Shown here piece by piece: positions 37,010 to 48,872 of a stretch of 64,000 nucleotides of DNA. Position 1 is the stretch's first letter, and the number at the start of each line of letters is the position of its first letter. Position numbers and translations under genes: made by a program. Under the pieces are notes generated by a model, which was not told the DNA's origin, did no database searches, and worked only from the letters and a program-made list of their open reading frames with translations. This DNA is from Utricularia gibba (Eukaryota > Plantae > Magnoliophyta): assembly GCA_002189035.1 (NCBI GenBank), contig CM007989.1, positions 5,766,001-5,830,000 on the forward strand. The letters are read 5' to 3'.

Positions 37010-37400
37010 AGGAGATGACTACTAGAGGATTAACATCTCAAAGATAGGCCAAAGAAGATAATCTTATTCTTGTTTCAGCATGGTTAAATGTTAGTAAAGA
37101 TTCAGAGAAGGGAACATCACAAAAAGAAAACAATTTCTAGAAGAATATTTTTTATTATTATCATGAAGCAGTATCCCTAGTTCCTCATAGCATGGATACA
37201 ATAAGAAGAAAATGGAAAAATGAGTTCTGATGTCAGCAAATTTGGGGGCTGTATGAATAGGATAATTTCAAGAGGAGGCGGTGGTTATAACGAATTTGAT
37301 TTCAAGCAGCAAGCCATGGAGCTTTTTAAAGTTGAAGAGCAAAGGAATTTTGTTGATATCAAATCTTGGGAGATATTACGACATGAGCTAAAGTGGATGT
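37010..37400 (+). pseudogene. Harbinger-associated Myb/NAM-associated protein fragment
   Basis: EDNLILVSAWLNVSKDS..GTSQK..NF; DVSKFGGC; SWEILRHELKW. Confidence 0.65.
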
Positions 37401-37439
37401 TGGTACAAAAAATTTATACTATATTTTGATACCATTGTT

Positions 37440-40110
37440 TGTAGGAGCTAAGACAATATGAGAACCAGCATTAGAATTTTTCAAGCGAGATTTGTACCTC
37501 CCTTGTTTATTCTTGAGGACATTCGCCTGGTATTCATGGTTGATAGGTTTTTTTCGCTGTTTTCCTCTGCCTCTGTTCAATGGCAATGTGATTGATCAAG
37601 TGATCCAAGGTCATCTTGCAATCAGATTGGCGAATCCTAGCCTTGTCATCATCCCAACCTCTTGGCAACTTGTGGATTAGCGAATCAATGATGAACTTTG
37701 GAGGTAACTTGATAATCTGAGCAGCCATGTTGTCCAAGAGGTGATGCAATTCGTTGATCTGGACTACCACCTCCTTGTCATTAAACATCTCCTACTGTTG
37801 GAAATTAGTGACTTCAAATCAAGATGTAATTGCTTCCTCTGCAGTGTACTTGGCAGTCATCGACTTCCATATGGAGGCATCATCTTTATAGACTACATAC
37901 ACATCGAAGAGACTATCAGCAAGGTGGTAATTATGGTTTGACGACATATTCGGTTTGCCCAATCCCAGTCCACAACAAGGATCTTAGAGTCAGCAGCTTC
38001 TTGCTTGGTGATGTTGTTGCGTATCGTTTCCTCAACAAATTTTAAATATGTAAAACGTAAAACATAAAAGATCATAGTACGAGTATCAATCTCAAGGAGT
38101 TGTTTTTTGCGAAAAGCATTTTGTAGGAAACATTCACAAACTATCACGGATTTGTAAAAGGGGGTTTTTGAAGTACAAAAATAAAAGACAGAACCTAAGT
38201 AATGGACCTTGACTATGGTACGCAGTTCTTGGGAATGAGATTCTACCTCCTTCCTTTACCTATCCTCGCCTCGGTTTTCACTGATTCCTTCCGAATAGCT
38301 GGTTATAGGAGCAAGGAATAGCCTATTCTTCTTTACACTTTGATTGACAAGGAGGCACGGGAATAGCCTCATATGATTCCCCCTTGGACAATTAAGAAGA
38401 CAAGAGGATTGCCTTCGATGACCTTCAAAACTGAATTGTGCGCGTATGCCCAGCTGTTGCCAATGACCAGTGGCAGGCACGAGGTCACTACCTATCCACT
38501 GTCGCGGTACCTCGCCTACAAACAATTCGCTACTTCCCTCGAACAGGTAGGGTTAGAGTTGGTGCTCTTCACCTTGCTCTTCATCAAGACCCGCAAGAAG
38601 TGGCCTGCTACTCATGGACCGTAACTAATAGTCGTTACAGAAAGACTGCGACAATACACATGGAAGTATGCAAAATCCGGAATGAATTCAATGAAGAACA
38701 AAGTTTAGTGCTCAATACTTGGAACGAAGCTTCATCTTCTCCCAAAAACTAAAAGAGTTTAGCTCAATAGGGTCATGAAAACAGAAACAAAAATGAAAAC
38801 TAAGTATTCTTCCTCCCTTGGAGGAGAGGAAGAATTCAAAAGTTCTAAGTACCAAGAGAAAATGTCAAAATTTCGAAAATAAGTGTTCCAAGTTGATTTT
38901 ATATCACTCCCCATGTGCATTAACTCCTTCTGGTCCTCTTCCCATCATTCCTTCTATCTTGCGTGCACCACCAACTTTCCTTTGCGTGCAAGTTAGTGTC
39001 AAATAATTGCTGCAGACTCTAACATGTTGTAAATCAGGAGCCTTGACCAGTGTCAATCTTCTTCCCACAATTGTTTCAAGTCGCATGCAAGGCACGAAAA
39101 GTCAGAGTCTGACCTCTTGCAATACTCATGCAACACTCCACGACTGCCTCCTGACATATCTCGGTCAAAGTGCTCAAAAAAGATAAAGAAAATATATACA
39201 AAATAGGAAAATAGGAAAATAGGATTTTGTCAAAGAGAATCAATTACTTATCAATATAATTTCTAATTGAGCGACTTAACACTAGATTAACACATAATAA
39301 TACCTAATAATTAACTAGAAAATGACACTTAACAGACATCAAGGCCCAAACAGCACTATGCATGTCCAGCAACTCAAAGATTCGATCTTTCCAGTGCCGA
39401 AAGTTCTTGCCATCAAAAGGTTCGATCTTTGTAGTGTCAGTGAACTAACAACCAACAACCGGATGATTTAGAGACAGATCGCGAACGCCAGAGATGACTC
39501 GCGGTAGATAGGTGGAGACGAGTAGATTTTGGACAGGATTTGTCTGCGACGGTGGCACAGCAACTAGATCTGCATCAGGGAGGACCATTGAGGTCGTTGT
39601 GGCATTGGTGAATAGTGCATGGGTCACCAGACAGCGGTGGAGTAGGGTCTTCCGAAGGGCAGAGGTCAAATCCATCGAGATATCCTTTAGATTGTTGTAA
39701 ATCAAACACAAAGAAGAAGAAAAGATCAAAACCTTAAGCATGTAAAATACTGTCCTAAAGGATTTCACGATCCCCCAGGATTCAAGAGACTCTTCGAGAA
39801 CTGCTATCTTGGTCTCAAAAATCAGTCGAGACAAAACGGAGCAAAACATGGGCTTAGTTTGCACACACGCGAGAGACTTTTGGGATGGGTTTGCACCCCC
39901 CTCCCCCCTACATGTAGGCTTTTTGGGTTTTAGGGCACTCCGGAAGCCCAACTTGATCTAATACATTAGAATCCTATGTGAACGCGAGGTCCAACTCACT
40001 CTGAGCCCCATCAAAGTTAATGGGTTGGCTTCCTATATAAACTAGTTGAAATATCTTTCAACTAGCAATATGAGATTGCAACTCCCTTATCCAATATCTT
40101 TATTCCAACA
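37440..40110 (-). mobile_element. Copia (TAR-like) 5' part: 5' LTR 40110-39693 and gag, interrupted by a solo LTR
   Basis: LTR TGTTGGAATA...TTACAACA followed by ATCTAAAGG. gag KIEPFDGKNFRHWKDRI before the insert; KEVVVQINE..IDSLIHKLPRGW..MTLDHLI after it. Confidence 0.8.
38015..39334 (-). mobile_element. Solo LTR, TGTTAAGTG...CGCAACA family, 1320 bp
   Basis: Termini as at 55183-56205; TSD GATGT / GACAT (reciprocal CpG decay of GACGT). Confidence 0.9.
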
Positions 40111-42535
40111 AGTTGTAAATTCCTCCCACCAATATTATGGCTCTTCATCATCCCCTACCCTGATCTCTCTTTACATTTAGTTTGTTGCATTTTATGTTTC
40201 GGTTCTTGCTATTTTTTTGAGTAATTGGAGTATTAATGGATTTACAAGGATGTTCTTTTTTTGTTTTTGCTCAACTATTCAATCACTACCTGACTTGCAA
40301 TCTGCAACTTGGTTTTACATCAGCAATGCTACACCCAAGATCAATGTTAACAAGCTTCATCTTTTGGAAGAAGATGTTGGCCTTGGCTTCAATGGAACCC
40401 CTGAAGCCATGAGTCACAACCCATGTTGTTGCTTTGTGGCTTGTCCTTTTGTGAAGGAGCATGTTGTGCCCAAGGGTCATTCCTGTCACTCTGTGCTTCA
40501 TATTCGCAATGCTTCAGCAACAAAAAAAACTTCAAAACTCGCAACATTGAACATACTCTTGGTGGGGGACAAGTCATGTCCCACAGACGACAGGTGTTTG
40601 AAGAATTTTAGTGTTTTTTGGACAATTTTCATAAAAGTAAATGCTAAGAGGCAAATTTTGTTTTGAAAGCAAAAGAAAAATAGACAAATGGTGACCTGGA
40701 AAAAAAACGAGGAGTGTAGGAAGAAATTCACAATAATATGAAGAAAGTCACAAATAAAGTTTCAAGAACTCCAGAAAGTTACTCATCTTCTTGGGTGATA
40801 CTCTCCTTTACTAGAAAGCCGATCCTTGATCCATAACGATTACACTTTTGAGATTCGTGATTATATCACACATTTAAAAAAAGAAAATAAGATGAATTAA
40901 AGTATAAGAACTCGAATTAAATACTCAATAAAAAATACAGTATGCAATAACATATGTATGAAGTTGAAAAAGCATGGTTTCATGCAAGATTCCTTACCAA
41001 AGTGTGTTCATGAAGACATAGTTTGACTCAAAGATGCCGAAAACTAAAAGACTCGATAAAACAAGGTGCTTAGGACGTTGGTAAAGCTTGATGGTAGAGC
41101 GGTTTTTTATAGGATAAAGATCGAATCATCTTGGAGGCTTAGATTGTCATAAAAATCTGTTCCACAATTAGTCAAAAGAAGGAAGATTGGCGATTCAAAA
41201 AAACAAGCAAATTGAAGGTGCAAAAGTGAACCACCACACTAATGGTGAACAAGGTTTGAGAAAACTAGTTGGGCGGTGATTATAGCGGGAGTAATTTTAG
41301 ACGCTTTAGTAGTCTTGATGTGGATTCAAGATGCTCTTCCAGAGTAGAGTTGATGTCCTTTTAAAGATTAGTTTTGGGATCTTTTGAAAGTTTTAGATAT
41401 ATAAATTTCATATTTAATATAAAAGAGAATATTATGTGTATTAAGTTATGTTTCCCCATACACTCTGATTCGTATTTTCCATTCTCAAAATGATAAAATA
41501 ATATTTTTACACAGCACATCTATTTTTTATTTTTTAGAATGAGAATGTAAAATGCTCATTCTCAAGAAGTTAACACATTGCAAAATGAACCTTCTTGGCT
41601 ATTTTTACGTTTCATTCTCATTCGAGCAATTTTTTTTCGAATAATACCATTTTTTCTTATCTCCTTCAATTTGTTTCTTCGAATTCTTTCTACAATTTTT
41701 CATTTTAGGTTATCGAGGAATTAAAAATCAAATCTGTTGTATGAATTTTTATTTTTATATGCATTGTAAAGTAATTTCCCATTTTTCAATACAACATATT
41801 TTTTATTTGGAATCTCTTTTATTGTTACAAAACATCAACTCATTTTAGTAATCATTCTCATTCTACTTTGTATTATCATTTTTCTGTTTGAAATATAAGC
41901 GAAAAATGCCTTAAAAATAAAATATCCTTGCATGGACATTATTATTCCCTTCTTATTTTGTGGGATATTCTTGGACTTTCAAGGCTGTTTAATGATAATT
42001 GCATGCTTGTCGGACATTGCAAATACACATCAATTCTAGAGCCTCGCCCTCGGTGTTATCTGCAACATTTAAATGGGTCCGGGGTTGAATCATGTTAAGT
42101 GCAACACAGAAAGAAAATAACAGCAATTATATTCAAAAAAATTATATTTATTTTTTCATTGGGGCAATTCGGACGCTGCCATTAAAATAGCCCAGCCCAT
42201 GGGGTGCATAACGGGCTACCCAATAATAAAGTTTGATTTAAAATGATATCATAGTGTAATCAGTATTTCATTTATCAAATTAGTCAACGAACAAAAAATT
42301 GTAGCTAAAATAGATATGTATGCAAATTTATTTGGCATGTCATAAGCTATCATTTAGAGTTCTCCTGGCCCGGCAAACTTGTGTATGGTCCTGGTCTCTG
42401 CAGACCGCAGTGCAACCAAAACACTTGCTGTTGCTGTCATCCTCCATGTGCATTTGGTGGCGAACGGATTGGGACCTTTTCTTTATCCCTCAAGTTATCC
42501 GATCAAAATACAAGTTTGAGCTCGCTAATCCTGCA

Positions 42536-44363
42536 ATGGCGATCGCTTTTTGGCGGTGGGGCCGTCATGCACGCAGGCTGTTGCTCTACGACGCCAACGC
42601 CAGACTGACCACCAACTCACGCTTTTTCTGCAGTCAGTCTTCGCCGTGGAAATCTGTGGAAGGTTTTGTGCGATGCCCGGCGAACGATGTCCCGTTGACG
42701 CCGATAAGCTTCTTGGAGAGAGCTTCTCGTGTTTACAGAGACCGCACTTCTGTCGTCTACGGTTCCTTGAGATTCACATGGGAACAGACTCACCACAGAT
42801 GCCTCAAATTGGCTTCCGCTTTGACCCACTTGGGCATTTCCGCTGGGGATGTGGTAAATTTTGTCGATACTATGCCAATTTCGTGTTCAGTTTTCTCCTA
42901 ACCGTTTCAGTGAACAGGTTGCGATGTTGGCCCCAAATGTCCCAGCAATGCAGGAGTTGCATTTCGCGGTTCCCATGGCCGGAGGCATAATTTGTACCTT
43001 AAACACGCGCCAGGATTCCACGATGATCTCTGTCCTGTTGCATCATTCTGAAGCTAAGGTGATGTTCGTTGATTACGAGCTGTTGGATGTTGCGCGATGT
43101 GCTATCGATTTGCTGGTAGAGAAGACTGCAAAACCTCCAGCCCTCGTAGTCATCCCTGAGCTAAACCCGGACTGTTGTTCAACCTCAGGATCTGATCTGA
43201 ATGGATCTTATGACTACGAGTCTTTATTAGCGAAGGGAGATGATAGGTTTCTCATTCGCCGGCCGGCTTCTGAATGGGATCCGATCAGTATAAATTATAC
43301 CTCCGGCACCACTTCTCGGCCTAAGGGAGTGATTTATAATCATCGTGGAGCATATCTGAATGCCCTGGCCACAACAAATATACATGGGATGTGTTCGATG
43401 CCTGTTTACCTTTGGACAGTCCCTATGTTTCATTGCAATGGCTGGTGTCTCATTTGGGGCTTGGCTGCTTTAGGAGGAACCAACGTATGCCTCCGTCGTA
43501 TCTCGGGTGATCAGATAATCAAGGACATCATCCACAACAATGTGACTCATATGGGGGGAGCACCAACAGTTTTGAACATGATCATCAAGGGAGCAGCCAC
43601 TCAGAAGCCTCTACCACAACGAGTAGACATAATGACCGGTGGTTCACCACCTCCGCAGCCTGTGATTTCCAAGATGCAGGAACTTGGCTTCAGGGTGTCA
43701 CACTTGTATGGTCTCACAGAAACATATGGACCCGGAACATCATGCGTATGGAAGCCAGAATGGGATAGCTTCCCCTATGACGAACAGCTGAGGCTGAAAG
43801 CAAGACAAGGGGTTCAACATTTTGGCTTGGAGGAAGTAGATGTTAGGGACTCTGTGACAATGGAGAGTGTACCAAGTGATGGAGTGAGTATCGGGGAGAT
43901 CATGTTTCGAGGGAACACCGTGATGAGCGGATACTTGAAGGATTTGAAAGCAACCAAAGAAGCCATGGGTGATGGCTGGTTGAGAAGTGGTGATTTGGGA
44001 GTGAAACACAGTGATGGATACATAGAACTGAAGGATAGACTGAAGGACATAATTATTTCTGGTGGGGAGAACATCTGCACTGTGGAAGTTGAAACCGTTT
44101 TATATCGGCATCCCGCAGTTTTCGAAGCTGCTGTTGTAGCAAGACCAGATGAACACTGGGGTCAAACACCTTGTGCATTTGTGAAGCTCAAGGAAGGGCT
44201 TCAAGTTGATTCTCAGGAGTTGATAAACTTCTGTAGAGATCATTTGCCGCATTATATGGCCCCTAGAAGCGTTGTTTTTGGAGACTTGCCTAAAACAAGT
44301 ACGGGCAAGATCCAGAAATTCATTCTTAGGGAGAAAGCAAAAGCCATGGGGAGCCTTTTTTGA
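42536..44363 (+). CDS. AAE2: Acyl-activating enzyme 2-like (AMP-dependent acyl-CoA ligase); exons 42536-42853 and 42918-44363; 587 aa
   Basis: [62 protein letters not shown]. Arg-rich N-terminal extension and C-terminus MGSLF, as in Arabidopsis AAE2 rather than the PTS1-bearing AAE1. Phase-0 64-bp intron. Confidence 0.92.
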
Positions 44364-46166
44364 CACGCGTTTCTGAAACTTTGAATGTTGTTCCCGAAGC
44401 TTATAAATATACCATGAGCATGAATAAATAATTCTTTGACCCTGTTGCCCATCGATGAGAATCCTGAAGGCACTTGTAGATCGGTTTTGTCTTTTTAGAA
44501 GCATTGAATTTAGGGATATGATCGGAGAATACAAAATCCTAGACATCGTAGCATTAAAATAGAATGTAAATAGCAGTAGATAGAGACTAGACTGGTGAAA
44601 AATGACCATTCACAAACAAAGATCCATATAACCAGTGGAGGCAGACGGTCCACTTCAAATATCCCATGATTAGCCTTCAACTACATGGTCATACTATACC
44701 ATACTGCTAGGAGAGTAGGTTCACACCAATTATAATTTTTAAAGTTAATTGTGACAAAGTGCATAGAACAAGCAAACTTGATTGGTTGCTACACTTGGGT
44801 TACTGGAACTGTTGTCAACTTTACAAGCCAATTATACGTGACTCATACAGAAAAAACCAGTAGGGAGAGTTATTCTTTACATAAAAGGCAATCAGAACAT
44901 AGTTACAAGGCTATTGATGACTCAACCTATTTTATAAATCCAAAACAACAAAGTATATCTTATTGCAAAACATTAAACACCCTACCCTGTAAGGCTTTTC
45001 AAAACAATAAAAGTATGTTTTATAAAGAAGAAACTCATAAACTATAAACCAAAGAAAAGATCCTTCCAAGAAACCAAGGAGAACAAATCATATATGTTTC
45101 AAAAAAACGTTATGAGACTATTTCTTATTTTGAATAGTAGCATTCATCTCACTTTATTTTCTTAATACATATTACTTCTTACAATTTAAGATGTACAAGG
45201 TATTATTCCCCTAAAAACCTCATGGTTTTTTTTCTACTCCTTTGCTTCCGCTACATTATCCCCCAATATTTATCAACCTACCTGAGTCACCATTATCCTA
45301 TCCTAAAGTTGGCATATAATATTTTCTATAGATTGCAATTGCAACCCTTCTAATGTCTCTTATTACTTGTGTTGTCTTTTTTTTTACTCATATTGAGCAT
45401 AGAGCTTGATTATTGAGATAAACGAATCACTTAATTGCATATACAACACTCCTAATCTCTCAAGCAGGAAAATATATTCACAATTGGCTAACAATCGCAT
45501 TCATGTAATGATGAACATTATCTTTATATAATATTATTCATTTCAAACACTTAACTTTACAATTTCATATATTAGCTTCCTAGATAATTGATGAAAGTAA
45601 ATTTTCTATAGGTATCACAGGTCTACCTATTTTCCTCATCAAAACATTTATAAGCTGAATAATCAATTCAATAATATTCTATGAAAAAATAAATATAATA
45701 GCAGCAAGTCTTAGTGGATCCACTAAGGCCTCGTTTGTTAGGTGGGTTTAACCCTCTAAACCCTTGGGTAAAAAGTGTTGTATATGTTTGTTGGGGTGGT
45801 TTAGTAAAACACAAGGGTTTGTATTATCCCGAATTAAACCTGCAGCTGCTTGTTTCACAAAACCCACGTGTGAGGTGGGTTTTGAGAAACCCATCTCACA
45901 CAAATACAACTTGGTCGATAATACCCTTCTACTCCAAAAGCAAATTCGCAACAGTGAATCTGTGTATTTGTTCATCCTCTTCAAAAATAATCTGTTGGGT
46001 TTTTGCAGGTACATGGTGAGTGAATTCGAATTCTGATATTTTGACGAAAATCCATATTTCAATTTAAGCCAAGAGTACTTTTTTTTTGTTTCGCATATGA
46101 TGGAGTCGGTTTTTTTTTTTTCTGAAAACTGCAGTAGGTTGTGCATTGCTTATTGAGGCTGTTGCA

Positions 46167-47495
46167 ATGGTTTCAAAGAAGATTATTTTGGTTGCCCTTG
46201 CTGCGGCACATTGTGTTGGTCAGCATCTATGTATTATGCGAGTTATGATTGTTATAATGTTGCATTTCTGTTGTACACCAACCGATAGGAGAATTCGGTT
46301 CTCATACCGAGAAAAGATACTACGACAAATAGAGCATTTGACTGCCTTATTATCTGATTCAAGGAATGCTTGTCTTGAAAACTTACGATTAAGTGCAGAT
46401 GTCTTCAACAAGTTATGTTATGTTATTCGAAGTAATGGTAGACTAACCACTTCAAGGTATGTCGATGTTCCAGAGCAAGTTGCATTGTTTTTGGGTATTT
46501 TAGTTCATCACAGGAAAACAAGGCAATAGAAATTTGAATTCATGCGAAGCAGCTGGACAGTGTCCAAATATTTCAATGTGGTATTGTCGGCGGTGCTATC
46601 ATTGCACCAAAATTTACTTAAGACACCTATGCCAATTGATGTTTCTGATCTCAATTCTAGCTTCAGATTTTTCGAGGTATGCAAGAAGATTTTTCATCGT
46701 AGTTGTGGATGTGCAACGTGTATTCTGCATTCTGTAACTTTCTGCTCTATTTTTAAGAATTTCTTGGGTGCATTGGATGGTTCATATTTTCAGGTGAAAG
46801 ACAAGAATCAGGATAAATCAAAGTGGAGGAATCGTGTCCACTAATGTGTTAGGAGTGTGTGATGATAAGCTCATGTTCATCTATTTGTTGTTCGGTTGGG
46901 AGGGATCCGTTGTTGATAGCAGGGTGCTGCGAGATGCAGTTTGTCGACAGAAACGCAGAGGGATTTCTAGCACCCTACAGGGGTGCTGTTGATTAACTTT
47001 CATGTATTCCATTTTTTTGTAGGGCATTATTACTTATATGATAATGGCTACACAAACGCAGAGGGATTTCTAGCACCCTACAGGGGTGTTCGGTACCATC
47101 TGAAAGAGTGGGGTGCCGGGTCCATGGCTCCACAGAATGCGAAGGAATATTTCAACATACGGCATGCTTCTGCAAGGAATGTTATTGAGAGGGTATGGGG
47201 TCTAATGAAAATGAGGTGGAGTATTTTACGAAGTTATAGTTTTTATCCTATTAAAACACAAACACGTATCATACTCACATGTGCCCTGCTTCACAATTTT
47301 ATTCGGCGAGAAATGCCAACTGATCCATGGGAAGAGGTCATTCCGGAAGAGTACCAAAATTCGGATTCACAGGAATATGAAGATGATGAACATATTTCCT
47401 CCATAGGAAACTCAGAGGAGTGGACACATTGGCGGGATTCAATGGCTGAGATAATGTTTGCGCAATGGAGAGAGACCACACGAAGAAGGGTATAA
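46167..47495 (+). pseudogene. Harbinger DDE nuclease (HARBI1/ALP1-like), disrupted
   Basis: LRLSADVFNKLC, VPEQVALFLGIL, GALDGSY, TNVLGVCD, GWEGS, YLYDNGY..FLAPYRGVRYHLKEW, HASARNVIERVWGLMKMRW. TAG at 46527, a frameshifting deletion near 46835, intron 46677-46757. Confidence 0.92.
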
Positions 47496-47941
47496 GGTGT
47501 ACTAATGAATCCTGATATTTTATTGGTTTGGCTTAAAGACATTTTATTTCATTTTCCAATAGTTGATAAGCATTGCGTTGTGTTGTATTCATATTATGCA
47601 AACACATCAGTTATTCCAGACATGATTTGCTTCTTACATTGGGTTATTTCCCACGGTGAACTGCCTTATTTATGCAGGACTGTTGTCACAGCAAATGTGA
47701 TACAGTCACTGGAAACTAGAATTTGCAGTGCCTGGAAATTTATGATAGGATTGAAGGATGCTTCAGGTTTCCATACACTGTTGACTCATACGTCTGGGTG
47801 CAACTATTGCATGCTCTACACTATCTACATGTACATTGGAAGAATTGCATTCTAGGCACTGTAAATATCTAATCTCGGTGCCTAGATGAAATGTGTTCCT
47901 AGCACCGCAATACACCGTTATCGGTGCCTGGAAGACCAGTG

Positions 47942-48357
47942 TACCAGGCACCGCAAAAGTTTTGTCTCGGTGTCTACAAGACACCCCTTGTAGGCACTGC
48001 AAAACGCTGCTCTCAGTGTCTGGGTGACATGTGTCCCAGGCACTGCAGAATGCCGCTCTCGGTGTTTGGAAGACACGTTATTTTAATATTTTTATTAGCG
48101 TTCGATCCTTAGTTATACTTTGGATCGAGCGTTAATATAAATTTAAAATAAACAAATATCCACTCGATTCGAATGAAACCAAAGGATCAAACGCTAATAA
48201 AAATATTAAAACAACGTGTCTTCCACACATCGACGTCCAAGAGCGGCATTCTGCAGTGCCTGGGACGCATGTCTCTCAGACACTGAGAGCAGCGTTTTGT
48301 AGTGCGTACAAGAGGTGTCTTGTAGACACCGAGACAAAACTTTTGCGGTGCTTGGTA
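47942..48357. repeat. Long fold-back (arms ~190 bp, AT-rich loop ~30 bp)
   Basis: TACCAGGCACCGCAAAAGTTTTGTCTCGGTGTCTACAAGACACC... pairs with ...GGTGTCTTGTAGACACCGAGACAAAACTTTTGCGGTGCTTGGTA. Confidence 0.9.
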
Positions 48358-48872
48358 TACACCGAGACCAAAATTTAAAATTATAAATTACAGAATGTTT
48401 CCTTTATGGGTTTAAATTAGTTCGAGATTACATAACATTTTTTTAATTTTATATATATGAATTTATTTAAAATCACCTACTTTTTTACGTTAATTAAGTT
48501 TGATTTTAATTTTATTAACTATTTTAATACCTAATTAATTGATATATATCATATTCATTTAAATTCAAGTAAAAGGCTGCTCTCAAGGTCTGGGAGACAT
48601 GCATCCCAGGCACTCCAGAATGCCGCTCTCGGTGCCTGGAAGACACGCTGTAGACACTGCAACCTTTGAAATAGGTGCCTGGAGCAATCACGGGCCGGAA
48701 TGAATATTAGGCCTCGCGTATTTGGGCCTCATAACAAACCCTCCGGCCCAGTCCTCACCCTCCTTCACCACGCACCTAATCGCTGCACACTGGAAAGCAT
48801 GGCACACCGTCCCCACCTTAACTGCATGGTCCCTCCCCCATTTACTTTCCTCTGATCTGTCTATTTCAAGAA

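Noticed and set aside
38256-38752. ORFs recurring at 27149-27409, 38256-38752 and 55294-55791
   Set aside because: They lie inside copies of one LTR family, so the recurrence reflects the repeat, and the frames and stops differ between copies.
40217-40731. Cluster of overlapping ORFs up to 149 aa
   Set aside because: No convincing domain motif in any frame; probably TE debris, left unannotated.
42320-42535. Longer N-terminus for AAE2 from ATG 42320
   Set aside because: The extension is Cys/Trp/Leu-rich and UTR-like with no resemblance to the family; ATG 42536 (GCAATGGC) has good context and gives the expected length.
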